Shown here one piece after another: positions 11,998-24,122 of a stretch of 64,000 nt of DNA; the first letter of the stretch is position 1, and each line of letters starts with the position of its first letter. The DNA is from Negaprion brevirostris (lineage: Eukaryota). The stretch lies in the NCBI GenBank assembly GCA_030324005.1, contig JARDVH010000169.1:11583852-11647851 (forward strand). The letters are read 5' to 3'. Below the pieces are notes generated by a model that worked only from the letters and a program-made list of their open reading frames with translations, did no database searches and had not been told where the DNA came from. Position numbers and translations under genes: made by a program.

Positions 11998-13809
11998 AAT
12001 TATAAAATAGAAAAAACATATTTTTAGGCCCCACTGTGAAAGTCATCCTTAATTTCTGTGAAATCTACAAGCGCACGGAGTAATTTGGCTTTCAAGGAAT
12101 AGCCTCACGACGTTGTTACTGCCTTGCATGAAACCAAGGTAAGTGAGTAGATTTCCTGTCTATATACTGCATTTTTTATATATTGCTCCATGTAATATTC
12201 CAGTTGGGCTTACTGTTGTTAGAAATATTGAAGTCTGCAATTAATCCTAAGCCCAATTAGTTTATTTATAAAAATGTAGCATTGGTCATCTAACTGAACT
12301 TTTATAGTTTGTGCTTTGGCATCACCATTTTTGATATGACACAATATTGGAACATTTGGTTTCCAAATACAAATCTGCCCCTTTTTTCTTTGGAAATGAC
12401 ACTGAATCTGAACCATCCCAACTTGTGTTGCAAAGCCAGGGACAATTGTGATGGTATGCACATAGTTCATGACATCCCGTCTACACTGAACTACAGTTTG
12501 AACTCTACCTCTTTGAGTTTCATTTTTCAAGTTTCTTAAGAGCTTTGAAAATAATGATTTAATATTTTTTGAAGTTTTCAAAGCACTTAGCAAACATGAA
12601 ATCAGTCCCGCTCACAGCAGGAATGCAGGCATTTCCGCTGCTGCCTGCATTACTCCCCCATCAGAGGGCCCATCCTTCATGATCTGAGTCCAGTTTTGAG
12701 TACCTCTGTTCTCCTTATTCCATGGCACCAAAGGCCACTTTACACTGGTAGCAGTAACCATTTTTCCTTTGAAAAATAAGATTATTATATTTGAAGTGCG
12801 TCATTTTAAACTGGAATGCACTCACACTGGCAACGGTAGCACAGGGTCAGATTGGGAATTCTCAATAGGTTTCTCCCATTATACAAAGCTCTGTATTGTT
12901 CAAACAGAGTTTGTTGACTTTCCATATTTTACACCCTATAAACTTTTCAATTCTGAATGATGGTAGGGAAGGGATGACCTTCATTTCTTCCCTTTTATTC
13001 CCCTTGCACCCCCTCCTAATTGATTCAGACATTCATACATATTCCCATTCTATCCTACTGCCTGTTAATATTTTTACCATAATGTCCTTATGACTTTCCC
13101 TCCTTGCCATCAAACACCTTGGCATTTTCTCTTCTTGTCATCTGGTATATGTCTTCATCCCTTGATGTCTTTTCTTAGCACCTCTCGCTACCCTCATTTT
13201 TACTCAAGTTAAAACTTTATCTTCAATATAGTGTTTGCATGGCTACCTCTATGTGGCTGAAAATGCAAGTTTAACATAAATGAAGGTACTGTCCATTGTA
13301 CCACCACTTGCCGTAGTACAGACTGGGGAAGGAAACATGAAACATGCTCATTTACAAAGGTACAGAAAGAAAATGGTTTGGTTGAAGTTCCTCTGGTTCT
13401 ACATAACTGCATCCACATTTGGGACAGATAAATCACCAAAATTCTAGTGCCTGATTCACAGCCATCAGGGATCATTGAATACCAGTGTGTGGATATTAAA
13501 TTTCAAGAGGATTAGTTTGATTTTGATCATCACCACATGTTAATTAGCCCAACACTCATTGCCCACATGCTTAATTTACTCATCTGAGTGTGTTAATAAA
13601 CAGTCACTGCTGCTTTTACAACTATATCCCAACATGAATTATTATTTTCAGAGAAAAGTAAGAAGTGGAACAGAAAGACACAAAGGAAAAATAAACCAAG
13701 AGAAATGATTTGATGATAATTGTATTCTGAATATTTGTAGCCAATGTGAAAAAATTAAAAAGTTTTCTTTGGATATTTTAAAATAAATAATTAACTATAC
13801 TATTACCCA

Positions 13810-14718
13810 GAAATTCTGTCCAGTGTTCAGCTCACTGCTCTAGGGATGGAAACGGAAAGGTGGACCTAGGGGTGATGAAGCTGCCGTTCCAGGCTTTCAG
13901 TCCATGTGGGTTTGGATGGTCCTCGCTGTTGGGATTGCTTGTGGGGGCTGGTAGGAGATGCTGCGCACAGATGGGGTAAGAAAATCCCTGTGGGAAACAG
14001 GTCAAAGACAGCAAAATTGCAGCTTTGAGGTGCAATATTCTTTAATGGGAATGGGTGGGTGGCAGTGAGGTGGACAGTTGGAATATGTTGGCATTGTGCA
14101 ATGACGGGCAGGGTTGTAATGTGGAGGGGTTTAAGGATGATGCTGGGAGGTTGGGTGCTGGAAAGTGCGGGGTGTCAGGGAATGGATTGATGTGGACATT
14201 TTAGGTGTGACAGATTTGACTGATACCAGGCTGTGCCAGATGAATACTCGCCCTGGCAGCTCGAATAAGGTCATTACTTTTCTTGCGGCATTGGAAGCCA
14301 ATCCTCTGTGTAAGGCTGCAGGAACTGACTGCTGCAGTTGCCGCATCCCAGGCCTCATTTGCTTCCCTGCTCCTGGGTCATCCATCCACTTGGGATACAT
14401 GGTGATCCACCTCTCCTTCCAAGATCTGCCTCCATGAAGCATGGCACTGCTCTCTGTGCTGCTGTCCTCCTGCTGTGACTGGCTGTGAGTGCTGAGGGAG
14501 TGTTTAAATGTAGCTCCCCTTTGTTAACAGTACACAGCTGTGAGCCAGTTCGGGCGAATCATATGCCTGGGGCTCCATACTAGCCTGTTTCATGTGTGGG
14601 TTTATTCAGTGCACTAAGTGTAAAATGATTGCAGTCCAATGCTCGCAGTACAGACTGGCGTGGACCACTCAGGTTTCTTTGCTGTTATGACACTTCACTT
14701 TTTGGGAAAATTCTGCCC
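13810..14718 (-). mobile_element. PIF/Harbinger relic with a Myb/SANT-like (NAIF1/MSANTD-type) exon at about 14250-14450
   Basis: The minus strand reads AVPCFMEADLG...NEAWDAATAAVSSCSLTQRIGFQCRKKSNDLIRAAR, matching the W..VA..VS...RT..QCRKKxNDL motif. The right end GGGAAAATTCTGCCC looks like a Harbinger TIR. Confidence 0.7.
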
Positions 14719-15844
14719 ATTGAAACTAATTTTAAAAGTCTGTGGGCAATAAATAGATGCCACTGTGTGGTCGAACATAGATTTACAAAATTGTCAATTA
14801 TGCCACTTTGAAAATGACATTTTGAACAGTTACTCTGAGTGTAATTGGGCCAATGGTCATTAAGTCAAACCACCTAATCCACCACCCCACCACCCGCCCA
14901 CCCCCACTTCCCCACTGCACTGCCCCTAATTTATTGTGAATTGTGTTTTGACTTGAACTGATTTTGTAGGGCTATTAATTCCTTGAAGGCTTGTACCTTC
15001 ATTGCGTACAACTGTAATTCACTTTTATAGAAATATGACCTTTGCGATGATCTGCAGCTGTTTAATTATTGGTGTACAACATCACATAGCAGTAAGCTTT
15101 CACCACTTAAGCATTTACTTCCTGATTTAAAATACTTAGAACAGTCTGGTGAGAAGGATCATTTTTGGTTCCTTGGGATTATTATTCCCAAACTGTTACT
15201 TAACCATGAATTGGGAGAATTATATCCTAAAAAGAATACAAATTTCTCTGTGATAGCAGCAAGAAACTAGCCAGCGGAAATTAGGGAATGGCCATAAAAA
15301 AGCCATAAAGGATCAAAGTGTGTCAAGAAAGCACAGTAGTCCAATGAAGGTTTGGGAACGAAAGAAAGACGTTCTGATTTCACATAATAGGTGGAATGTG
15401 ACTTACCTCAAGCTGAGNNNNNNNNNNNNNNNNNTCCAGGCAAATCCATAAGATAACCTCTGTATTTATGTAATGAATTACAAGGATGAGTAACATGAAT
15501 TTAGCTTTTCCTGACAGTGACATTTAACTGAACCATTATATGCCGAGTATGTGCCTAAAAATCGATGCTACTTGTTTTGACCAGCAAAAATGGCCCAACT
15601 CACTTGCAACTAAATATTCTGATTTTCCCATTGTTGTGAATCAACATCCCCAAATCAAAGTCATGTTTGATTAAACAGAAAAGAACAATAAAAAGTTAGG
15701 AGAAAATTAAAGTAAGTCACAGGGCTAAACAGCAGGATCAAAAAGATCTAATTTGGGTGCAGTCAGTGATTTGTGCACAGAATGCACAAACATTTTTTTT
15801 CTCTCAAGCCTCAGCTTAAATGTATTTGCGTAAAAGAGAATCAG

Positions 15845-15968
15845 AGGCCGAAACCCTACCACCACCTCCGCCCCGATTCCGGGGTGGATGAGGTTCCCAG
15901 AACGGAAGTCCCCGTTGGCCTCAGGCGGAATTTTACGATCTCATTTGAGCAAGGCCGTAAAATCCCAT
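15845..15968. mobile_element. Short GC-rich MITE-like element
   Basis: About 125-bp CpG-rich island with an internal inverted repeat GGAATTTTACG...CGTAAAATCC. Confidence 0.5.
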
Positions 15969-16255
15969 CCATAGAATCCCTACAGTGCAGGGTACCATGC
16001 GGCCCATTGAACTTGCACCGACAACAATCCCACCCAGGCTCTATCCCATAACCCCAAATATTTACCCTGCTAGGCCCCCTGATACTAAGGTCAATTTAGC
16101 ATGGGCCAATCAATCTAACTCTCACACCTTTGGAGTGTGGGACGAAACTGGAGAAAACCAGAATGTGCAAACTCAACACAGATATTGACCTGAGGCTGGA
16201 ATTGAACCCACATCCTAGCTCTTTGAGGCAACAATGCTAATCACTATGCCACCGT
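15969..16255 (-). mobile_element. HE1-type V-SINE (internally deleted)
   Basis: CATAGAATCCCTACAGTGCAG tail through to the GCTAATCACTATGCCACCG head on the reverse strand. Confidence 0.85.
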
Positions 16256-16274
16256 CTATAAAATCTATCTTAAC

Positions 16275-16383
16275 TTAGTAAGATAGACGATTATAGGTAA
16301 GCCTAGTAGGTAGGGATATGTTCAGCGCAACTTGTGGGCTGAAGGGCCTGTTTGTGCTGTAGTTTTTCTATGTTCTATGTTCT
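16275..16383 (+). mobile_element. CR1 LINE 3' UTR tail
   Basis: GTGGGCTGAAGGGCCTGTTTGTGCTGTA followed by (TTCTATG) terminal repeats. Confidence 0.7.
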
Positions 16384-16560
16384 GATGAACTGCCTGCCAA
16401 CTTTATCAGCATTTCCGCTTTTGCCACCGCATTCGCCAATCCAGAGCCGCACTGTAATGNNNNNNNNNNNNNNNNNNNNNNNNNNNNNNNNNNNNNNNNN
16501 NNNNNNNNNNNNNNNNNNNNNNNNNNNNNNNNNNNNNNNNNNNNNNNNNNNNNNNNNNNN

Positions 16561-16776
16561 TCAGAGGGCAATTGAAAGTCACCCACATTGCTGTGGCTCT
16601 GGAGTCACATGTCAGCCAGACCAGGTAAGCACGGCAGATTTCTTTCCCTAAAGGACATTAGTGAACCAGATGCATTTTGCTGACAATTGGCAATGATTTC
16701 ATGGTTATCAATAGATTCTTAATTCCAGACTTTTAACAATTGAATCCACATTCCACTGTTTGCTGTGATGGGATTT
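16561..16776 (-). mobile_element. Partial copy of the tRNA-SINE at 474-815
   Basis: TTGCTGTGGCTCTGGAGTCACAT, CCTAAAGGACATTAGTGAACC and TAGATTCTTAATTCCAGA are shared with 560-690. Confidence 0.8.
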
Positions 16777-17704
16777 GGTGAAATTTTGATGCAGCTGAAA
16801 ATATGTTTATAATAAATAATAAGCATTTTTAATCAGGGAGTCTGTTCCACATTCTTTAAATAAGGCAACTTTGAATACTGGATATTACTTTACACTGGAT
16901 CATTTATTGGATATATTGGTGTATGGTGGTCAAGTTCTTAGTAAATTTAATACTTTTTAAAAATTAGGTCTATGGCCAGTTTTGTGTGCAGAACTGACTT
17001 CTAGTGCAATGCTTTTTAAATCAACATTTAAAATAGCCGTCAATTCGCCCTTGGAATTCCTTGACCTCCTTATGCAGTTTGGCCAGTTCAAGACAGATTC
17101 TGTAGCAAAAGGCAAGACCATCCAGCCACAACTATCCATTGTTGTTTAACATAGTTAAATAATAAGTAAAGCTGAACTAAGTACTGAAGTGCTGAATGTT
17201 CTGCAGCTGATGGTAGAGAGATGTTGCTACTATTAAGAAAAATACTTTCATGAGAATGCAATGATTGTTCATCCTAAATTCTTTCTTAAATCATCTAAAT
17301 CAAGTCATGTGAACCCAATCCATTCCTAACATGGAGTTGCTCAAGTTAGATTCAAACAGTGAAACAAGAAAAGTTTGAGCTTTTATTAATTTTTCAGTTG
17401 TTCTATAGGAAAAGTTGAAAATTTAAATTAACTTTCTGTAACCAAAATGAAGAGTAGACTATAGGTAATTAAAAATGCAGATAAATAGAAACTGGAAAAG
17501 CTTACCAGATTAAGAAGCGACCAGAATATTGGAGCCTTTGATCTTTATCTGGATACATTTTCTTCTTTGGTTTGTGAAGTAGATGCTTGACAAATGTATT
17601 TCTATTCCTTTTTAATCAAACAATGGAGAGCAGTACATTTTTTTTTCAAGTTTGACGCATACTCAAATACCTGTTTTGATCCCAGGTCATCAAACTTTCA
17701 CAAA

Positions 17705-17812
17705 ACAAAACTCTGATGAAGGATCACCCTGATGTGAAACATTGGCTTTATTCTCGCTCCACAAATGCTGTCAGACCTGCTGAGATTTTCCTGTATTTTC
17801 TGCTTTTATTTC
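17705..17812 (+). mobile_element. Penelope-like family B terminal fragment with a degenerate hammerhead
   Basis: CTGATGAAGGATC..GATGTGAAACAT followed by CACAAATGCTGTCAGACCTGCTGAGATTTTCC, homologous to 48285-48415 and 49549-49684. Confidence 0.65.
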
Positions 17813-18446
17813 CCAAAATAAATGTGTTTTTAAAATTCAAGCTTGCTGTTACTCAACCATTACTTATTGATCCGTGTTATCTGCTTTTCTTTTCCAGCTT
17901 ATAATTCCTGCATTATGTGTCTTGATATTTCACCTAGTTTTCTCTTGACTTTTTCCTGTTGCTTCAGTATATTTTATCTGACAATATTAGCCATGCCAGT
18001 ATGTAAATTTACAATCAATAGACTGATAAATTCAGCATGTAATTTCCCAAAACTGAATGTAATTGGTAGATAGAGTGCAAGGATAATTGGATCAGGACAC
18101 ACTGATGTAATTTTGTCCCCACTTCCAAATAAGATATTCTGTCGTAANNNNNNNNNNNNNNNNNNNNNNNNNNNNNNNNNNNNNNNNNNNNNNNNNNNNN
18201 NNNNNNNNNNNNNNNNNNNNNNNNNNNNNNNNNNNNNNNNNNNNNNNTGTCTTAATTTTAAGAAGCCTTGAATTTTATGTTATTATTTACAGTTATAGAG
18301 TAACTAGTTGGAATGTAAGAATTTCACAAGCCCTACAGATCTTAGTGACTTAATTTATTGTCAGTTGTAAGTAGCAAGGGCATAGAAAGTGCTCTGGCTG
18401 TGGGGATTCAATGACCCTTATCACAAGTGGCTCAATAGTTGACATG

Positions 18447-18707
18447 GGGCAGCAGACAAATGGGAACAGCACCATCTGGAACTTCCCTTCCAAGCCACTC
18501 ACCATCCTGACTTGGAAATATATTGTTGTTTCTTCACGGCCGCTGGGTCAAAATCCTGAAACTTGCTCTCTAACAGCACTGTGGGTGTACCTACACAACA
18601 TGGATTGCATTGGTTTAAGAAGATAGCTCACCACCGCCTTCTCAAGGGCAATAAGAGATGGGCAATAGATGCTGACCTAGCCTGTGACACCCAAATCCAT
18701 GAATGAA
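18447..18707 (+). mobile_element. CR1/L2-superclade LINE (family B) 3' fragment
   Basis: CCAAGCCACTCACCATCCTGACTTGGAAATATA and CTTCTCAAGGGCAAT..GGGCAATA, homologous to 22680-22935. Confidence 0.8.
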
Positions 18708-19364
18708 ATGATCTATTTATTTATTGAATATACTCTGAGACTATTTAAAATTCGTGGGTACAGTAAACGTTACACAGAAGAAACCTGGAATAGGACCTAT
18801 AAATGGAGGTATGTAGGACTGTGTGAGGAGGCTAAATATGCTGAATACAACACACGAATATATGTTATTGAGGAGTTCTTTTATATTAACACACCTGTTG
18901 AGATTATTAAAAAGTTAACAATACTACAGCCATACCTGCTAAACAGTGTAGAGTAATTGACATTATAATCAAATTCTGTTTGGGCCTTACAATTCTTACC
19001 TGGTCCTACAACAACATTGGGAATACTAGTAGCTGCAGCAACTTGCTAAATTTGCTCAAAGTATTGTTATTATTTGCAATTCCCCCCAAATTATAACAGT
19101 GTCCAATTTGCTGCTTACTAATGGGTAATCTCCCAGTGATGGACAGAGCCTGCCCATAGAATATCAGTTATAACTGAGGGCGACATTAGAAACAGAAGCA
19201 GGGTGAGCATGCTGCCTAAGCACTGCCAAAATGAATGTTCCTGTTAAAATGTCAGTGATCTTGTATCTTTGTGTTTTTAAATTCACAGGACAATATGACC
19301 AAGCATTATGTGTAGAACAAAACTGACAGAAGTTGACTTGTGGTCTGACTTTATCCATTAGCTG

Positions 19365-19873
19365 TGTCAGTCATGGCTCAGTTGGTGGTACTGTTTCAGT
19401 CAGAAGGTTGTGAATTGAAATGCCACTCTTGGACTTGAACANNNNNNNNNNNNNNNNNNNNNNNNNNNNNNNNNNNNNNNNNNNNNNNNNNNNNNNNNNN
19501 NNNNNNNNNNNNNNNNNNNNNNNNNNNNNNNNNNNNNNNNNTGAACACAATAATCTAGGCTAACAGCCCAGGCTATGGAGGGAGTGCTGCAGTGTCAGGG
19601 GTATTGTCTTTCAGATGGTATGTTAGACCAAGGTGGATAAAAAATAGTATTGTTTTGGTGAAAAACAAAGGTTGTACTGACCAATCTTTATACTTAAATC
19701 AACACCACTAAGACAGAGCATTTTGTTTTCATCACATTACTGGTGGTAGGAGTTTGCTGTGCACAAAATCAATCGCTATATTTCTTGCAGTGACTGCAAT
19801 TCAAAATTGGCTGTAAAACATCTGGGATGTCTAGTCATCATGAAGGGTACTATATAAATGCAAGTCTTTCTTT
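19365..19873 (+). mobile_element. SacSINE1-like Deu-SINE (spans a gap)
   Basis: TGTCAGTCATGGCTCAGTTGG head, GAGGGAGTGCTGCA and TTTGCTGTGCACAAA (Deu-like), and a TATATAAATGCAAGTCTTTCTTT tail. Confidence 0.75.
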
Positions 19874-21774
19874 ATCCCTTTCTTCTACAAGAAATGCACA
19901 TTGTTTTGGCTTAGCATATACCCCACTGACCTAACCAGAATAGGCATGCTGAATATCATGTACAAAAGCCTCACCTTATCACCACTCTGTTCTGAAACTC
20001 GAATGCAAAGATTTAAAATTAAATCAGGATTTGATAAATAGTGTTGCNNNNNNCTTGAGAGTGTACAGCATACTCAAATAAACAGAGCAGAGCTGTCAAT
20101 TATGATTATATCAAAGCCAATGTTTACCAGCTCCGAAGAAAATATGCTCCAGGGGACAGATACCATGGATCTGTTATCACCTTGATTGATCTGTACCTTT
20201 ATAGTTAATTGGAGTGTTCAACTTCAGTTGTGATACTTCACTGTACTATTTTATCTTCAAACATCTTTAGTTTCAGATTAGTTTTAAAAATATTTTGGGA
20301 GAGTAGCTTGTGTCCCCTGAGTGTTTTGGAAAGAATTAAGGATTGAATTAAAAAAGAGTTACATGGTTCAAAAATGTATCCTGTGAATAACACTGGGATT
20401 CTACTCTATCCTCATATAGGTTTGTGTTTGAGAGCTGACTGGTACAACTGGCAAATGCATTGCTATTTTTAAATCAGCCCTCTAGTCATCTGTATGGCAG
20501 TATTTTTATTATTAGCTATTTTTGCCATTTATACTGATGCCAATCATGTAAAGCATCACTTACAAAGGAAAATGCTTCAATGTCACATATTGTCTTCTCC
20601 TCTCAGCCCTGTCCTGTATAGTTTTCTATGAAGGGGGGGATAAAGGTCTTTACTTGCTCATGCGTCATTTATTAAGTCCTTGCTGGAGGTGGAAACACTG
20701 GAACTACCTTGTACTATTTGTGTTCTGGTGCACAATCAGTTCAGTATTAATCAGCTGCTTGTTATATACATTAACAAATCAGTTCAAGGTAGCTGATAAC
20801 AGTTTAGTTCTAAAAGAAGATAATTCTTTATTGGCAGTAGCACAATACCATTTTTGTTTGTCTTCCTTCAGAAATAAGATTGACTTGAGTCACTGAGGCA
20901 TTATCAATGGTACATAGTTAACAAGTCAGCCTGGTGTTTAAAACAAGCTGTCTGAAAATTTCAGCTGGGTTGGCCTTGATGTGCGATTAGAAAGTGAAGC
21001 ATATGCTTTCCTATTAAGGGGCCAACAGGTGAAGAAAAGTGTTGTTCCGTTATATTTTACATGCTGTTAGAAGCATTACTGCTTTGAATGTCACCAGCGT
21101 GGCTATTTTTCAATTTTTTTTAATGTTCAGAAGGAAGATTGACTGTGGGAAAAGGTTAGGTAGCATTTTGCTAAATCTAGCCACTCTGACTATTATGGCA
21201 AGGCTTCATTTGATATATAGAGTCACTATGATATAAAAAGAACAGTGGCAAAGAACATCTTGTAAGTCAATGAACTGGAACCTTAAAGAGACCTGGGTTT
21301 GTGACTGAGGAGGGAGAACAGATGGAACAACCATGTGTCCACTCTTGTTGCATCAATGTTAAATAATTTAATTAAAAGATGTTATGATTGGAAAGTGGTA
21401 AATAAAACATAATAGTCATATTACTCACTGAAACATGTGGCCCTTGGACAAATTGGTAGTGGTACAGTTATCATCCAGATTACATTTTGGGAAGTAGCTG
21501 AATCTTTGAACCTGTTGGGTAGACTTTCAATTTGCTGCCTGGAAATTAGAGTCAGGAAATTTCTATAATGGGCGAGTAATTCACAACATTCCTTTTATAT
21601 GTTGAGGGCAAGTTGAAGTCCACCCTTATATATCTGATGTTATGTAATCTCCTCCATGGCATTGTTGGTTTCAGTAAACATCTGGCCCTGATGCACACAA
21701 CTTTATATTTGTAACTGTGAAAATAATTAGTATTCAATACTCACACCAATTAAGTAGCCATTAGTAAAAGCAAT

Positions 21775-22317
21775 AATATCACACAGCCTTCCTTGATCAT
21801 GATCCGGGTTTTGAAGGCATCTATTTCAGATCTCTCACTCGAGAGAGTTACAGTTATAACACCATAAATCAATCACAGGATTGCGATGATGTTTCTCAGA
21901 CATCCAAATCTTTGGAGCATAATCCACAGATCTTTATGATTAATGGAGTAAAATTGCTCAAGTTAATGAATGCATTGAAGAGTTCCTGGTGCTGTTCTTT
22001 ACATTTTTCTTGATTTGTGTGCAACAAAGGCCATATTGGAGGTTTCTCTGGAAGATCTAACGCCATTGAGATTTCTTCAGGAATTTTCAATTCAGAAGAA
22101 TGCTTGTTAAGATTTTCTGTGCCATGGACAAGAGAGAAATATCTCAGCAGTTTCCACGACATCATTGATTTCCATTTTTGAAGACAGTTACAGCTGTCAT
22201 AATCCTGCAATCAGGGTGGGGAGGATTTCTTTTTCCTCCCATATCCATAGGATGAGTGCATGGCATCCTGGTGTAGGCAAAACCTCAACAGTTTTGAAGA
22301 CCTCAGCTTAAACTGAG
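21775..22317 (-). mobile_element. RTE-clade LINE RT fragment
   Basis: The minus strand has QEKCKEQHQELFNAFINL and IKEGCVI (GVKQGC motif). Confidence 0.75.
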
Positions 22318-22937
22318 CATTGAGCAGAAACTGAACTGGACTAGCCATACAAATACTGTGACTATAAGAGAGGATCAGAGGCTAGGAATCCTGCTGTGGG
22401 TAACTCCCCAGAGCTTGTCCATACATCGACAAGGCACATGTCAGCAGTGTGATGGATTACTTTCAACTTGTCTGGATGGGTACAGCTCCAACAACACTTA
22501 AGAAACTGAACACAATCCAGGACAAAGCAGCCCACTTGATTGGCACCCTGTCCACCAACATTGACTCCCTCCACCACCGAAACAAGTAGCAACCATGTGT
22601 ACTATCTACAAGATGCTCTGCACCAACTCACGAATGCTCCTTGAATAGTACCTTTCAAGCCCACAAGGACAAGGCCAGCAGATACTTGGGAGCATCAACA
22701 TCTGGATGTTTCCCTCCAAGCCACTCACCGTCCTGACTTGGAAATATATTACTGTCCCTTCATTGTCACAGGGTCAGAACTCTGGAATTCCCTCTTAACA
22801 GCATTGTGGTTGTATCCTCATCACATGGGCAGCAACAATTCAAGTTGGCAACTCATCACTACCTTCTCAAGGGCAATTAGGAATGGGTAATAAATGCTGG
22901 CTTAGCAATGATGCCCACATCACTAAATGAATTAAAA
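22318..22937 (+). mobile_element. CR1/L2-superclade LINE (family B) ORF2 C-terminus and 3' tail
   Basis: Translates WMGTAPTTLKKLNTIQDKAAHLIG..SLHHR..CTIYKM. The tail ends AATGATGCCCACATCACTAAATGAATT. Confidence 0.85.
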
Positions 22938-22954
22938 CTATTCATTTTATTGTT

Positions 22955-23236
22955 CCTGCACAGTCAGATGGTGAGATTCTGCAGAATTCACCAGCAGTTG
23001 GATGGTGCAGCAGGTGAATAAATTCAGTGCTCTGATGACCTTGGCTGGTAATGCAAGCACACCTAGTCTACATGGCAGGGGCTCTTCTACAGAAGGGTGC
23101 AGACATCAGTGATGACTCTGACCTTCTTGAGGCTCAGTCATGTCCAGATATCTGATTCTCCTTTGATAAACTCTGTGAAGGGGACATTGCCTCTTGGAGT
23201 GCAGCTCTGCCTTCACCCTGTCTGCCCTGAGGAGCC
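22955..23236 (-). mobile_element. Harbinger transposase (HARBI1-like) N-terminal relic
   Basis: The minus strand reads HRVYQRRIRYLDMTEPQ..VITDVCTLL..ALPAKVIRALNLF..AGEFCRIS, matching the HARBI1 N-terminal pattern, with stops and frameshifts. Confidence 0.65.
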
Positions 23237-23424
23237 ATGATGTGGCGATGCTGGCGTTGGACTGGGATAAACACAGTAAGAAGTCTCACAACAGGTTAAA
23301 GTCCAATAGGTTTATTTGGTAGTAAATGCCACTAGTTTTCAGAATGTTGTTCCTTCGTCAGGTGAGTGGGGAGTTCTGATCAGAAACAGGGCATATAAAG
23401 GCACACACAGTTTACAGAATACTG
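23237..23424 (-). mobile_element. Penelope-like family A terminal repeat with a hammerhead motif
   Basis: Colinear with 24982-25160. The minus strand has CAC-CTGACGA-A-GGAACAACATTCT-GAA-AACT-A-GTG. Confidence 0.8.
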
Positions 23425-23524
23425 NNNNNNNNNNNNNNNNNNNNNNNNNNNNNNNNNNNNNNNNNNNNNNNNNNNNNNNNNNNNNNNNNNNNNNNNNNNN
23501 NNNNNNNNNNNNNNNNNNNNNNNN

Positions 23525-23834
23525 TTCAGTTGAGGTGTTCAGTATTATTGTGGGATTGCTGGAGTAAGGAGAAACTATTTCCACTAGCAGGAAGGTCAGT
23601 AAGCAGAGCATAACACAGGCAAAAGAATAGAAGGTGAGGACGATAATTTTTTTTCAGTTACACATCTCCTGAAAAGGTGGCAGAAGCCAGTTCAATAGTA
23701 GCTTTGAAAAGGAACCAGTTTTCAGCACCAAGGAAACAGCAGGAAACTGGGGCTAATTGGCTAGCTCTTTCAAAGAGCCAAATAGGCACCATAAGTCAAG
23801 TTAACCACCTTCTGTGCTATAAGATTCTATGATT
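23525..23834 (+). mobile_element. CR1 LINE 3' fragment
   Basis: GAGGTGTTCAG, GAGAAACTATTTCCACT, TAGCTCTTTCAAAGAGCC and a TTCTGTGCTATAAGATTCTATGATT tail. Confidence 0.7.
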
Positions 23835-24122
23835 GTGAAGGGTATTGTTACAGATATTGTTAATCCTGTTCTAGCATTGCACTTGTTTAGGGGTTTCCCA
23901 TAGTCCAGGGTTCCTGATAATGTCACTTCAGCTGAAATCAGCCAACTTAATGTAGATTAGTGATTGAGTATGGAATCTCGTCTGCATGGTTCATTGTCAT
24001 AACATAACGTATAGTTACAGGCTAAACTGTCAGAGAACTGACCCTTCGAATTCTTGATTGGAGCTCTGTTAAAACTTTACCCCAGCTAAGAACTTCCAGA
24101 GTAACCCACTGTTGTTTTTTAG

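Noticed and set aside
12622-12651. Perfect 10-bp hairpin (similar 9-bp one at 2736-2759)
   Set aside because: Short stems like these are expected occasionally by chance or within transposon relics, and there is no ncRNA signature.
18309-18330. TGGAATGTAAG resembling the miR-1/206 5' end
   Set aside because: Only about 11 nt match, with no complementary precursor arm.
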